Positions 52,093-63,780 of a DNA stretch of 64,000 bases are shown piece after piece (the first letter of the stretch is position 1; every line of letters starts with the position of its first letter). The translations under genes were made by a program, and so were the position numbers. The notes under the pieces are model-generated. The model searched no databases and had not been told where the DNA came from. It saw only the letters and a program-made list of their open reading frames with translations. This stretch comes from an uncultured Verrucomicrobiae bacterium (GTDB taxonomy: Bacteria > Verrucomicrobiota > Verrucomicrobiia > Palsa-1439), in assembly GCA_963812605.1 (NCBI GenBank), contig CAWEWF010000004.1, positions 224,001-288,000 on the forward strand, written 5' to 3'.

Positions 52093-53320
52093 TCAGGCCG
52101 TGAGCGGCAAGTAGACGCTGAACGTGGTGCCGAGCGAGACGGTGCTGCGCACGTCGATGGCGCCGCCGTAACGGGACACGAGTTCGCAGGTGATGGCCAG
52201 GCCGAGGCCGGTCCCTTCCTTCTTGCTCGTGAAGTAGGGCTGAAAAATTTTGCTGATGTTCTCAGGCTCGATACCGGAACCGTTATCGGCCACGGAGAGC
52301 TTCACCAGCGGTCGCTGCGGATCGAAGGTCTCCGAGCGGAAGGCCCATTCGGAGGGCACGGAAGTGGCGCGCATCGCGGACAACTGCAGCGTTCCATTCC
52401 CGTTCATCGCGTGCAGCGCATTCACGCCAAGATTGATGAGCACCTGCAGGATTTCCGCGGGATTCACCTTCAACTGCGGATCCGGATCGCCGGAGGTGAA
52501 GGAAATTTCGGCGCCGTGGTTGGACGGATGCGCCTTGATCAACGCCGCCGCGTCTTCCAGCAGCCGACGGGCACCGATGATCTCCATGGACCTCCTGGGG
52601 ACTCCGTGAAAAATTCAAAAAGCGTCGGGCGATGTCCTTGCAACGATCGATCTCACGCTGAATCGAGGAGAGACGCTGGCGCACATGCTGCGCGGTTTCC
52701 TGGTCGGCCATGCCAAGCGCCGCGAGGTCACGGCCGAGCAAATCGGTGTAACCCGCAATGATCGCCAGCGGGTTGTTCATCTCGTGCACCACGCCGGCCG
52801 AGAGCACGCCGGCTTCCACGGCCCGGTTGAGTTGCGCCAATTCCTGCCCGAGATCCGCATTGGTCTGTTCCAGCGTGCGGACATTTTCTTCCGCGGCGAG
52901 CTTCTCCTGGCGCCGCTTCATGCATTTATCGAGCACCTCGCGGACCGAGAACACATCGAAGGGCTTGTTAAGGTAATCCGCCGCGCCGAACCGCACCGCC
53001 GCGCGGGCGGTCTCGATGGTTTCGTAACCCGTGAGCATGACGCATTCGGTATCGGGATCGATTTCCTTCAACTCGCGCAGGACATCCACGCCAGACAGGT
53101 CCGGCATCTTGATGTCGAGAATGGCGGCGTCCACGGTGTGCGTGCGGGCGTACTCAATGCCCTCACGACCGCAGGTGGCGATGACGCATTGATAACGGTC
53201 TTTGAAAACAATCCGCAACGATTCGCGCGGGCCGGGCTCATCATCCACGATCAGCAAAGTCGGTTTCTCCGCCGCCTTGGCTGGCGTTGGTTCTGCCGCG
53301 AGTGTGTCGAATGCTGCCAT
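52093..53320 (-). CDS. Receiver-histidine kinase hybrid; frameshift near 52590
   Basis: LLIVDDE..LDIKMPD receiver; AGVVHEMNNPL H-box; LQVLINL..NA, DNGSGI, FQPYFTSKKEGTGLGL. Confidence 0.9.
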
Positions 53321-53336
53321 GGTGGCCCTCTATTTT

Positions 53337-54548
53337 TTAAAACTTCAAGCTGCTGGTGACCATTACCTGCTGGCTGTGGCCCACCCACGTGCCATCTGCG
53401 GCGGAACCGTTGCTGACCGTGCGATCCTCCGACAAACTGTATTGGTACACGAGGTCGATACTGATGCGCTTCGTGGAATAGCCTCCGCCGACGCTAAACA
53501 CGTGCCGGTTCGCGTCGGGTACCGACGGCGAAAACGTGCTATTGGGAACCGTGTTTATCGAGTAAATATAGCCACCGCGCACCGTCCAGTGCTCGGTGAT
53601 TTCGTACTGCGCGCCAAATTCATAGTACCAGCTATCCAGCCAGCGAAACGGAATCGTCGTTCCATTGAAGGCGGCCCCCGTCGCGCGCAATTTGAGACTG
53701 TTCAGTGTCTCCCAGTTGATCCATTCAACGTCGGCTTCCAGTTTCAATTTCGGGATCGGTCGATATGCATAACCGCCTTTGACAAACTGGGGAAATGGAA
53801 GGTCCGCGCTGGAGCTGGCGGTCTGGTTGCCAATCGGCGTCTTTAACGTGGCATCGCCCGTAAAGTTGATGTCAAATGGACTGCGGTAGAGGAGGCCGAT
53901 CGCGTGCTGCGGCGTGATTTTCCAAAGCAAACCTGCCGTGGCGCCGAAGGCGTCTCCCTTCCCGCCAAAATGGAGATTGCCATCCGGGAGGCCGGTGAAC
54001 GGAACCTTTTGACTCAAACGGGTGTCGCCAATGTAGGCATCCAGTCCGACGCCAAGCGACAACTGATCGTTGACCTTGTAGGCCACCGTCGGCTGGATGT
54101 CGTAAACCACCAGGCTGGCGGACGTGACAAGGTAACGGAACGGACCGGTTTTGGAATAATCGGAGGCATTTCCAAAGGGAATCGTGAAGCCAAGGCCAAA
54201 CCGCCACGGAGATTGTTTCAAGCCGAAGTCTGTCGCGGCATACAGTTGCGGGATCGTGGACATCGTGTTCATCTCTGCGCCCGAACCGCCTCCCTTGAGA
54301 CGTGAATTGGGAAATGTGAGCTCCAGTCCCGAGGTGATTTCCGTACCCGACAATTGGGTCAGACCCGCGGGATTGTAATAAATTGCCGACGCGTCATCCG
54401 CCTGGGCAACGAAAGCTTCGCCTTGCGCCGTGGCCCGCGCGTCCTGATCGGGGTTGTCAAAGCCAAGTGCGAACGCCTGAGGAGTGGCAACAACGCCGAT
54501 CGCTGCCGATACCATCGCGCTGAGCACCGCTTGCCTGAGTTTTTTCAT
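53337..54548 (-). CDS. fadL: FadL/OmpP1/TodX outer-membrane transporter for hydrophobic molecules
   Basis: AFVAQADDASAIYYNPAGL hatch motif, IQPTVAYKVND, PDANRH, C-terminal F. Confidence 0.88.
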   Translation of the reverse strand: MKKLRQAVLSAMVSAAIGVVATPQAFALGFDNPDQDARATAQGEAFVAQADDASAIYYNPAGLTQLSGTEITSGLELTFPNSRLKGGGSGAEMNTMSTIPQLYAATDFGLKQSPWRFGLGFTIPFGNASDYSKTGPFRYLVTSASLVVYDIQPTVAYKVNDQLSLGVGLDAYIGDTRLSQKVPFTGLPDGNLHFGGKGDAFGATAGLLWKITPQHAIGLLYRSPFDINFTGDATLKTPIGNQTASSSADLPFPQFVKGGYAYRPIPKLKLEADVEWINWETLNSLKLRATGAAFNGTTIPFRWLDSWYYEFGAQYEITEHWTVRGGYIYSINTVPNSTFSPSVPDANRHVFSVGGGYSTKRISIDLVYQYSLSEDRTVSNGSAADGTWVGHSQQVMVTSSLKF

Positions 54549-54609
54549 CGTACTGTCCTCCTGCACCGACCTGTTTGGCCCCCAACAACGAGGCTGCGGA
54601 TTCATAACT

Positions 54610-54625
54610 AGCAATGGTTATGCCA
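54610..54625 (-). promoter_or_regulatory. sigma54 (-24/-12) promoter of fadL
   Basis: Minus strand TGGCAT-AACCA-TTGCT, about 60 bp upstream of the ATG. Confidence 0.8.
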
Positions 54626-54767
54626 TGGCGCAAAAAGCGTGGAACGGGGGTGCAAAGGCATTGGGAGGGCCGCCTTTCGGATGGAAAGAAACGATTCACG
54701 TGCCCGTGGGTCAACTGTGCGCAAAATTGGCCAGTTTCTCCGTTCGTCCGGGACAAGTTTGGCTACG

Positions 54768-56246
<1,479 letters not shown>

Positions 56247-56328
56247 CTCTCCTTTGCCTCCTTAAATTGCGATCAACTTATCCACCGCCCGTCCCGCGAC
56301 CTTTCGCGGCCGCATCCCCGTCACGGCT

Positions 56329-58656
56329 TTATGACTCGTCCGACTTCCGGCCCGCATCCGCACTCCAACGGTCTGCAATGCGGTTGCGCACCGCGCGGGC
56401 ATCTTCCGGGCCCGGCGGCGAGGCCGATGCTTCCGTCCGCAAATTCTCCCGCAACAACTCATCGTCAGGATGCGGCTGCGCCTGAAGCGGCAGCACCATC
56501 ACAATCGTCGTCCCGCGGCCCAGCAAACTGTCGATTTCCAGCCGTCCCCCGTGCCGTTCGACGATCTTCTTCACAATCGTCAACCCCAGTCCCACGCCGA
56601 CATTGCGCGTGGTCACGAACGGTTCCGTCACACGCCGCAGGTCCTCCAGGGCGATCCCGCCGCCGGTGTCCTGCCATTCCAACCGCACTCCGCCGCCCGC
56701 CGGCGGATTGCCATCGGGGAAGTCGGCGCGCTGCGCATCGGTGGTGCTAATGGTCAGCCGGCCACCCTGCGGCATCGACTGCACCGCGTTGCGCAACACA
56801 TGCTCGAACGCCTGTAACAGCCGGATGCGGTCGCCTTCCAGCCGCGCAAATTTGTGCGCGAAATTCTTCTTCACGGTCACCACGGGCGCCTGGGACGGTT
56901 CGGGCGCCTTCTCCCCCACGCCGATGAGGTGCGCCACCTGCTTGCGGCCGAATTCCTGCGTGACATTCTTGACGCACGTCTCAATAACGTCGCTGAGCAC
57001 GAGCTCCTCATTCACCAACAGCAGCGGATGGGCGAAGAAGGTCAGGTTATTGACCAGCACATCCACCCGGTTCACTTCGTTGGTCACCGTCGTGCTGAAC
57101 TGCTCGCGAAACTCCTTGTCGTCATGTCGCTCCGGCAGCAGTTGCGCAAAAATCTTGATCGATACCAGCGAATTCTTCAGCTCGTGCGACAGCCGCGCCG
57201 CCAGGCGCGTAAAAAACTCCTTGTCGGCCAACTCGCGGGTGCGCGCCTGCTGCAAGCGGACCTGCGTCAGGTCCTCAATCAGCGCGACCGCAATCCAACC
57301 GTTTTCTCCCGTCGCCGCGTTGCCCGCGGTCATGGCAAAACGGGTGGCGCTGACGCCAAGCGGACGATGTCCCGGAGGCAATACCACTTCTCGCTGGTGG
57401 ATCTCGCGGCCGGTCTGGAGCGCCTCAAACACCACATCGGCCACGCGACTCGGCAAATGCCGGCTATCCTGGCCGACGATTACCTTGCCACCCAATTCCA
57501 GCAATTCGCTGGCACGGCGATTGACGGCGAGAATGCGGCTGTTTTGCCCAATGACAATCACGCCCGTTTGTACATGGGCCAATACTTCGTTGACAAACCG
57601 TTGTTGGCCGGCAATCCGGTCGCGCAAATGCAGGTTGCGGACTGCCTGCGCGAGCTGCGCCATCAAATAGTAAACCAGTTCCAATTCCTCACCGGCCAGG
57701 GGCTCGCCGGTGATCTTGCCGCTGAACGTCAGGACACCCAGCAACTGGTCGTCATCGAAAATTGGCACGGCCACCTCGGTGCCCAGCACTTCGAACTCCC
57801 GGGCAATCTCCGGGTCGTAGTCAAACGCCAGTGAATCCGCCACCTGGTTTCGCCGGAGAATCCTGGCTTCCCGCGCCAGGTACGCGCCAATGCCTGAATC
57901 AATACTCAACCGCAAGTGTTCGACAACGTGTTGCGCGAGACCGGCGCTGCGGGTGGCCGCGAATTGCCCGCCAGCCGGGGTGGATTGCCCGGCAAACAGG
58001 TCGCCGGACAACCGTCGCGTGAAGATCGCCACCTTGCCGACGCCGAGTAGTTCGCGCACCAGTCGCAGGAACTCCGCGAGGAGTTCGCCTTCGTCCACAT
58101 ACTGGCTGAGAATCCGCGAGAGGTCCTTCAACGCATCGCGGTACCGATACGCGTCGAAGGAAGCAACGCTGGTCGGGGTCGCCGCTGACCGGGGCTGCGG
58201 AACGGCTGTCGCCATCGGCGCGGCCACCTGTCGTTGGCGCGCCATCACGGCATCGACCCGCTTCAGCTTGGATTGCGCGTCACGCAATTCGAAAAACGTA
58301 CCCAAGGCCTGCTTCAAGCGGTCCGCGGAATCGGCTTGGGTGACGATCAACCAGCTCGACGGCATGGAACTCGCCACGCGTTGGGCGTCGGTGACGCGAA
58401 CGATGACAGCCTGGTGTTCCTGAAGGATTGATCCCGCAAGAGAATCGACCGCCCAACGGGTTGTTTCCCCCAGGGAAACAGCGTCCAGGATGACCGCATC
58501 CACGAGGCGCAGCCAGGTGGAGAAAAGCGCGTCGAATTGTTCCCGCGACGGTTCGGTCGGTGGCGGCAGCAAAACGATGTTCGTTTTCTCGCCCAGAATG
58601 TCCGTCAACAGCCGTTGTGTCTCGGCTGAATTAGTCAGCAGCAAAGCCGTTTTCAT
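56329..58656 (-). CDS. Cytoplasmic histidine kinase: degenerate receiver-like domain, GAF, PAS, HisKA/HATPase
   Basis: YRYRDAL linker, GAF (VAVPIF..LLGVL..GKITGE), PAS, SHELKNSL, TEPFVTTRNVGVGLGL; no TM segment. Confidence 0.88.
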   Translation of the reverse strand: MKTALLLTNSAETQRLLTDILGEKTNIVLLPPPTEPSREQFDALFSTWLRLVDAVILDAVSLGETTRWAVDSLAGSILQEHQAVIVRVTDAQRVASSMPSSWLIVTQADSADRLKQALGTFFELRDAQSKLKRVDAVMARQRQVAAPMATAVPQPRSAATPTSVASFDAYRYRDALKDLSRILSQYVDEGELLAEFLRLVRELLGVGKVAIFTRRLSGDLFAGQSTPAGGQFAATRSAGLAQHVVEHLRLSIDSGIGAYLAREARILRRNQVADSLAFDYDPEIAREFEVLGTEVAVPIFDDDQLLGVLTFSGKITGEPLAGEELELVYYLMAQLAQAVRNLHLRDRIAGQQRFVNEVLAHVQTGVIVIGQNSRILAVNRRASELLELGGKVIVGQDSRHLPSRVADVVFEALQTGREIHQREVVLPPGHRPLGVSATRFAMTAGNAATGENGWIAVALIEDLTQVRLQQARTRELADKEFFTRLAARLSHELKNSLVSIKIFAQLLPERHDDKEFREQFSTTVTNEVNRVDVLVNNLTFFAHPLLLVNEELVLSDVIETCVKNVTQEFGRKQVAHLIGVGEKAPEPSQAPVVTVKKNFAHKFARLEGDRIRLLQAFEHVLRNAVQSMPQGGRLTISTTDAQRADFPDGNPPAGGGVRLEWQDTGGGIALEDLRRVTEPFVTTRNVGVGLGLTIVKKIVERHGGRLEIDSLLGRGTTIVMVLPLQAQPHPDDELLRENLRTEASASPPGPEDARAVRNRIADRWSADAGRKSDES

Positions 58657-59944
58657 GTCTCGCCGGTTTTTCGTTCGCGCTACTCGGTTCGCTGGCCTGC
58701 CCGTTCCGATACCGCTCGACAACAAGGGAGGTATTGCGGCCGCCGAACCCCAGGGAATTGCTCACCGCGACATTGACGCGACGGTGGCGGGCCGTGTTCG
58801 GAACGCAATCCAAATCGCACTCGGGATCCGGAAACTCATAATTGATCGTTGGTGGAATAATGTTGTCGCGGATGGCGAGGCAACAGGCCGCCAGTTCGAC
58901 CGAACCGCAGGCTCCCTGCATGTGCCCGAGCGCCCCCTTGAGCGAACTCATGGGCAAATTGTACGCGTGGTCGCCAAAAGCCTTCTTGACCACGGTCGTT
59001 TCCACCCGATCACCCAGTACCGTTGAAGTACCGTGCGCATTGAGATAATCCACTTGCTCCGGCCGTATCCCGGCGCGGGCCAGGGCCATTTGCAGGCAAC
59101 GCACCGCCTGCGTGCCGTCGGGATCCGGTTGGCACATGTGGTAGGCATCGCAGGTGGACGCCCAGCCGGTCAATTCGGCATAGATATGGGCGCCGCGGCG
59201 CAACGCATGCTCCAATTCCTCCACGACCAGCACCCCCGCACCCTCGGACATAACAAAACCGTCCCGCTTTCGGTCGAACGGACGGGAAGCCTGCGAGGGT
59301 TCGTCATTCCGCATGGAGATGGCGTGGCTGGTGCCAACCGCCGCGACAACAATGGGTTGAACCGGTGCTTCTGCCCCACCGGCCAGCATGACGTCCACAT
59401 CATTGGCCACGATCATGTCCGCTGCCTGGGCAATGGCTGCGCTGGCGCAATCGCAACCCGTTGCAATGGTCAGACTGGGCGCGTGAAGTCCGAGATGCAG
59501 TGAAACCTGCCCGCCGCACGACCCCGTGAACACGGCGATGCTCGTGTAGGCGCTCATCGCCTCAAAGCCCCTCGTCTTAAAGACATCGTACTCTTGCGAC
59601 GCGAATCCCCAGCCAGAGTACGCCGTGCCGATTGCCAGCCCGATGCGATTGCAGTCCTCCTTTTCCAGGTTCAACGCGGAATTCGTAATGGCCAGGTGCG
59701 ATGCGATAAGCCCGAATTGGGTGAATCGATCCATTCGTCGGATGTCCTTCCGCCCCAGCCAGTCTTCGGGTCGGAAGTCGCTCACTTCACCCGCCATCTT
59801 CCAGGGACAGTCGGATTTCACCAAAATGGGAGCGCGATCAACGCCTGATTTCCCGGCGAGGATATTGGCCCAAAACGCCTCCAGACCAATACCTACCGGG
59901 GTCAAAACATCCATCCCTGTAATAACGACCCTGCGTTTACTCAT
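58631..59944 (-). CDS. Divergent FabF/KAS-II-like beta-ketoacyl synthase
   Basis: RRVVITG, ATGCD (Cys), SRPFD..RDGFV, NAHGTST, LGHMQGA, SNSLGFGG; overlaps the downstream kinase start by 26 bp. Confidence 0.92.
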   Translation of the reverse strand: MSKRRVVITGMDVLTPVGIGLEAFWANILAGKSGVDRAPILVKSDCPWKMAGEVSDFRPEDWLGRKDIRRMDRFTQFGLIASHLAITNSALNLEKEDCNRIGLAIGTAYSGWGFASQEYDVFKTRGFEAMSAYTSIAVFTGSCGGQVSLHLGLHAPSLTIATGCDCASAAIAQAADMIVANDVDVMLAGGAEAPVQPIVVAAVGTSHAISMRNDEPSQASRPFDRKRDGFVMSEGAGVLVVEELEHALRRGAHIYAELTGWASTCDAYHMCQPDPDGTQAVRCLQMALARAGIRPEQVDYLNAHGTSTVLGDRVETTVVKKAFGDHAYNLPMSSLKGALGHMQGACGSVELAACCLAIRDNIIPPTINYEFPDPECDLDCVPNTARHRRVNVAVSNSLGFGGRNTSLVVERYRNGQASEPSSANEKPARHENGFAAD

Positions 59945-60109
59945 CGACAACTTTCGCGTTGCATTAGCGGGTTACAAAAACGTCCCGCTGCGGGTTCGCA
60001 AACATTGCGAACCGCCTCCAGAAAAGTTCCCCTGTAAATTATAATAGCAGATTCCCTCACCGAGTAAAGAACTTCTTGGTGGATGACGGACAATTTTGTC
60101 CATCAGGGG

Positions 60110-62221
60110 CTACTTCAGCGGGAGATTGACCTGGAAGGTCGTGCCTTTGCCTTCGACGCTGGAGACGGTGATCGCACCACCATGGTCCCGAACGATTTTC
60201 TGGGAAATCGACAGGCCAAGGCCTGTACCCTCCTTTTTCGTCGTAAAAAACGGGTCGAAGAGGCGATTGCGGACGGCGGGCGGAATGCCGGAACCGTTAT
60301 CCGCGACTTCGATGACGGTGTATTTCTGGTCTCGATTGCCGTCGCCGTTGATATCGCGCTGGCTGACGCCCGAGGCAACGCGGATCTTGCCCTGGTCATG
60401 CGAGGCATCCGCCGCGTTGCTGAGCAAATTGACCAGCACCTGGAGGATCTGGTGCTTGTCCACATTGACGATTGGGTTCCCGTGGAACTCGCGGCTCAAC
60501 TCGATTCGTTTGCCTTTCAGGCGGGGTTGGACCAGCAGGATGGCTTCTTCGATGAGGTCGTTGGCAGGCTGTTCCTTGATGTTCACCTGCGCCGGCCGCG
60601 CGAAGGCCAGCATGCTCTCGATGACCTTCGTGATCCGATCGACATCCTTCAACACCAGTTTACTGAACTCATTTTTGAATTCAGGGTCATCCATCCGCTC
60701 GGGCATCAATTGCGCAAAGGTCTTGATGGATGCCAGCGGATTGCGAATCTCATGGGCCACGCCCGCCGCGATGGTGCCGAGCTCGATGAGACGGTTCTTG
60801 CGGGATACCTCGCTATCCATGCGGCGGTATTTCACGGCGAGGGCGACTTCCGTGGCGAGCGTTCCCAGCAGGCGCAGGTCACCGACAAAAAACATCTCGC
60901 GGCTCACCTTTTCGCCAAGACAAATCAAGCCCACGAGACGGTCATCCAGGATCATCGGCACGCCGATGGCGACGTTCAGCCGGTCCAACTCGGCGTCCAA
61001 TTGCTCTCGCAGCCACGCCGGTGCGCGCCGCGTCATTTCATCACGGACGAGCGCGTCCCGGTTGCCCAGCAGCCATTTCACGATCGGCGAATCTTCCTTC
61101 AGCAGCAGCGTTTCCACGTCATCCTGCGGGCCCAAACCGCTTTCCGCTTGCAGCCGGTAATCTCCCGAGAGTGGGTCCTGAAGGAGCACCAGAACGCGCG
61201 AAACCTGCATCTGGGAATGCAGGGTGGTGACGACGGCGCCAAGCACCTCTTCGATGGTCGACAGCGTGCTCAATTCCCTCACCAGGCCCGAGAGCGCATC
61301 CTGATAACCGTAACGGCCCGCGAACAACCGTTCCTGCATCATGCGCTCCGCGCGGGGCAACAGCTTGGGCAGGCTGACCATCAATCCCAGTCCAATCCCC
61401 ATCGCCAGTAGGAATGCGAACATCAACTGCTTCTCGTTCATGAACCCTGGCGCGACCAGCGCTACGCCCCCGATGAACACCAGGCTCACCGCCGCGATGA
61501 TGACCATCGTCACTACGTACAGAAATACGCGGGCGATAACGACGTTGTAATCCGCCAGCCGCGCCCTGACCATGACGTAGGCCAGAAACGCCAGGTTTAT
61601 GGGCAATACAAAAAAACCAACGGGTGCGATATTCAGATTGTACTCCAGGGGAACAATGATGGAGCTCGTTGTCAGGAAAACGATGAACCACGCGACAATG
61701 AAATAAGCCAGTTGCGTCCGCTTATAGCCCCTGGCTTCGGCCGCGCTGTGGATCGTGATCCCGATGCCGAGCAACTGCCAGATCACGGAGTGGCCAGCGA
61801 ATAGCGGATACCAAAACCGATTGTAGTGAATGTAATGCGCCATGGGGGGCGATAGTTTCAACCCCGTCACCAAATGCCCCTGCCAGAGCAGCACCAGGAA
61901 AAATACCGTCGCCGCGTAGGAGGCAAAGATCCACCACCGATAGCGCGGCAATTTTCCCACCATCGCGCCCAGCGTGTGAAACCAGAGCGGTTGCACCACC
62001 GTTGAAGCCGCCAGGGTTATCGTCGCCCACCGCAGCGCGTCCGCTCCCGCCATGGGACGAAAATACTGGGCGAATCCCACGAGCCACACGGCCAGCACGC
62101 ACATCGTCGCCCCGAACATCCGCCCCACCGTTTCGCGGCGGTTCTTGACGAACATCGCCATCGCCGCGGCCCAACTTACCAGCGCATTGAGCAGAACCAG
62201 GTAGAAATAAAATTGCGTCAT
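60110..62221 (-). CDS. 7TM-GAF sensor histidine kinase
   Basis: HisKA_7TM-like multi-TM N-terminus, RYGYQDAL linker, GAF (LGEKVSREMF), AHEIRNPL, FDPFFTTKKEGTGLGL. Confidence 0.92.
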   Translation of the reverse strand: MTQFYFYLVLLNALVSWAAAMAMFVKNRRETVGRMFGATMCVLAVWLVGFAQYFRPMAGADALRWATITLAASTVVQPLWFHTLGAMVGKLPRYRWWIFASYAATVFFLVLLWQGHLVTGLKLSPPMAHYIHYNRFWYPLFAGHSVIWQLLGIGITIHSAAEARGYKRTQLAYFIVAWFIVFLTTSSIIVPLEYNLNIAPVGFFVLPINLAFLAYVMVRARLADYNVVIARVFLYVVTMVIIAAVSLVFIGGVALVAPGFMNEKQLMFAFLLAMGIGLGLMVSLPKLLPRAERMMQERLFAGRYGYQDALSGLVRELSTLSTIEEVLGAVVTTLHSQMQVSRVLVLLQDPLSGDYRLQAESGLGPQDDVETLLLKEDSPIVKWLLGNRDALVRDEMTRRAPAWLREQLDAELDRLNVAIGVPMILDDRLVGLICLGEKVSREMFFVGDLRLLGTLATEVALAVKYRRMDSEVSRKNRLIELGTIAAGVAHEIRNPLASIKTFAQLMPERMDDPEFKNEFSKLVLKDVDRITKVIESMLAFARPAQVNIKEQPANDLIEEAILLVQPRLKGKRIELSREFHGNPIVNVDKHQILQVLVNLLSNAADASHDQGKIRVASGVSQRDINGDGNRDQKYTVIEVADNGSGIPPAVRNRLFDPFFTTKKEGTGLGLSISQKIVRDHGGAITVSSVEGKGTTFQVNLPLK

Positions 62222-62258
62222 GGATTATCCGGCCAACGTAACGGTGGCCAGCGACCTG

Positions 62259-62864
62259 CTAACCCGGACCCGGGGCGGCGACGCGCTTCTCCTCCGTGCT
62301 GCGCCGCCCAATCCGCGGCGCCAATGCGCCGGCTTGTTTCCGATATTGCGCATAAGCATCGCCAAATTTCGCCGTCAGCGCCCGCTCTTCACAAAAAATT
62401 CGGGCGGCCAGCACGGGAAAGTACAACAGGAACACCAGGAGCAGGCTGTAGTAGCAATTCCCCACCAACGGAATCCCGATGAACTCCAAAACCACCGCCG
62501 CATAGGCTGGATGCCGAATGTATCGATAGGGCCCCTCGACAATCAGCCGATGCTGCGCGCGAATCTCCACATGCAGGCTCCAATAACGGCCCAGCGCGCG
62601 GATTGCCGCCAGCCGCAACATCAGCCCCCCCGCGAACATGACCAAGCCCAGCGCCGTCACCCACACCTGCAATCTCCGCTCCGCCCAGAAATATTCCACC
62701 GCTACCGACGCCAGCACTGCGATGTGTAAGACGTAAAACAAAGGCAACGACCATGCCTCTTGCTTCTGTCCACGTTCCGCACGACGGCTGGCCCTTGTTT
62801 CCCACAACCGTTCCACGGACACAAACACCAGAAATACAACAAATAACCAGTCGAAGTTCCCCAT
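62259..62864 (-). CDS. Isoprenylcysteine carboxyl methyltransferase (ICMT) family membrane protein
   Basis: ERLWE, LRLAAIRALGRYWS, HRLIVEGPYRYIRHPAY, RIFCEERAL. Confidence 0.9.
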   Translation of the reverse strand: MGNFDWLFVVFLVFVSVERLWETRASRRAERGQKQEAWSLPLFYVLHIAVLASVAVEYFWAERRLQVWVTALGLVMFAGGLMLRLAAIRALGRYWSLHVEIRAQHRLIVEGPYRYIRHPAYAAVVLEFIGIPLVGNCYYSLLLVFLLYFPVLAARIFCEERALTAKFGDAYAQYRKQAGALAPRIGRRSTEEKRVAAPGPG

Positions 62865-62871
62865 GTGACCC

Positions 62872-62900
62872 ATTATAATGATTGGTGTTTTACAATTCAA
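62872..62900 (-). promoter_or_regulatory. sigma70 promoter, probably giving a leaderless ICMT mRNA
   Basis: TTGAAT-N17-TATAAT, then 7 nt to the ATG at 62864; overlapped by the inverted repeat TGTTTT-N7-AAAACA. Confidence 0.6.
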
Positions 62901-62934
62901 AACATTAAAAACCCAGGCAGAGATACTCATTGTC

Positions 62935-63780
62935 ATGCGCACGATTGCCACCGCTCCATTTGCCGACCGCGTCGTCATCGTCACCGGTGCCAGTAGCGGT
63001 TTTGGACTGGCCGCCTCACGCGCTTTCGCCGCCGCCGGCGCCCGGGTTGTTCTCGCCGCCCGCGACACCAACCGTCTTCAGCAAGCCGCCGACGATTTGG
63101 CGAAGAATTGTCCGGCCGGGTCCACCCTGGCGGTCGTGTGCGATGTTTCCAAGCGCGACCAAACCGACGAACTCATCGCTAAAACTATCGCGCGCTTCGG
63201 CCGCATCGACATCCTGATCAACAATGCCGGCTCCGGTCTGATTGCGCCATTTGAATCTACTCGACTCGAAGATGCCACCGCCTTGTTTGAAACCAACTTC
63301 TTTGGCGCGCTCAACTGCACGCAAGCCGTGTTGCCGATCATGAAGCGTCAACGCAGCGGTCACCTCGTCAATATGGCCTCGGTCGCCGGCCTGCGGGGCA
63401 TCCCGAACAGTTCAATCTATTGCGCTTCGAAGGCGGCCCTGATCGCGTTTTCCGACGCCCTGCGTTTGGAGGTCAAGCCTGACGGTATTTTCGTGACCAC
63501 TATCTGCCCCAGTCGGACCAACGATACTCCCTTTGTTGCGAATGCCAGGAAATATGGTCCCGTAGAACTCTATAAAGTGCCCCAAACACTCACGACGGCA
63601 ATGGTTGTGCAATCTCTGCTGGACGCGGTTGCCAGGCGCAAGCGCACGGTGATTATTCCCTTTCACGCGCGTCTGCTGCACACCGTCAATAAATTCGTGC
63701 CGCGTCTTGTCGATCACTTTCTTTACAAGAGCATGCCCAAACTGCAACAGAAACAACCTTCGATCGGTTCGATCTTATGA
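62935..63780 (+). CDS. SDR-family NAD(P)-dependent oxidoreductase
   Basis: TGASSGFG, DILINNAG, YCASK. Confidence 0.93.
   Translation: MRTIATAPFADRVVIVTGASSGFGLAASRAFAAAGARVVLAARDTNRLQQAADDLAKNCPAGSTLAVVCDVSKRDQTDELIAKTIARFGRIDILINNAGSGLIAPFESTRLEDATALFETNFFGALNCTQAVLPIMKRQRSGHLVNMASVAGLRGIPNSSIYCASKAALIAFSDALRLEVKPDGIFVTTICPSRTNDTPFVANARKYGPVELYKVPQTLTTAMVVQSLLDAVARRKRTVIIPFHARLLHTVNKFVPRLVDHFLYKSMPKLQQKQPSIGSIL

Noticed and set aside
2890-52600. Frameshifts in aas, DUF3999, DUF2339, ABC permease, aroF, hisC, kinase-murQ and REC-kinase as programmed frameshifting or genome decay
   Set aside because: Mostly single-base indels in short homopolymers, scattered through housekeeping genes whose sequences are otherwise intact. 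Long-read error is the simplest explanation.
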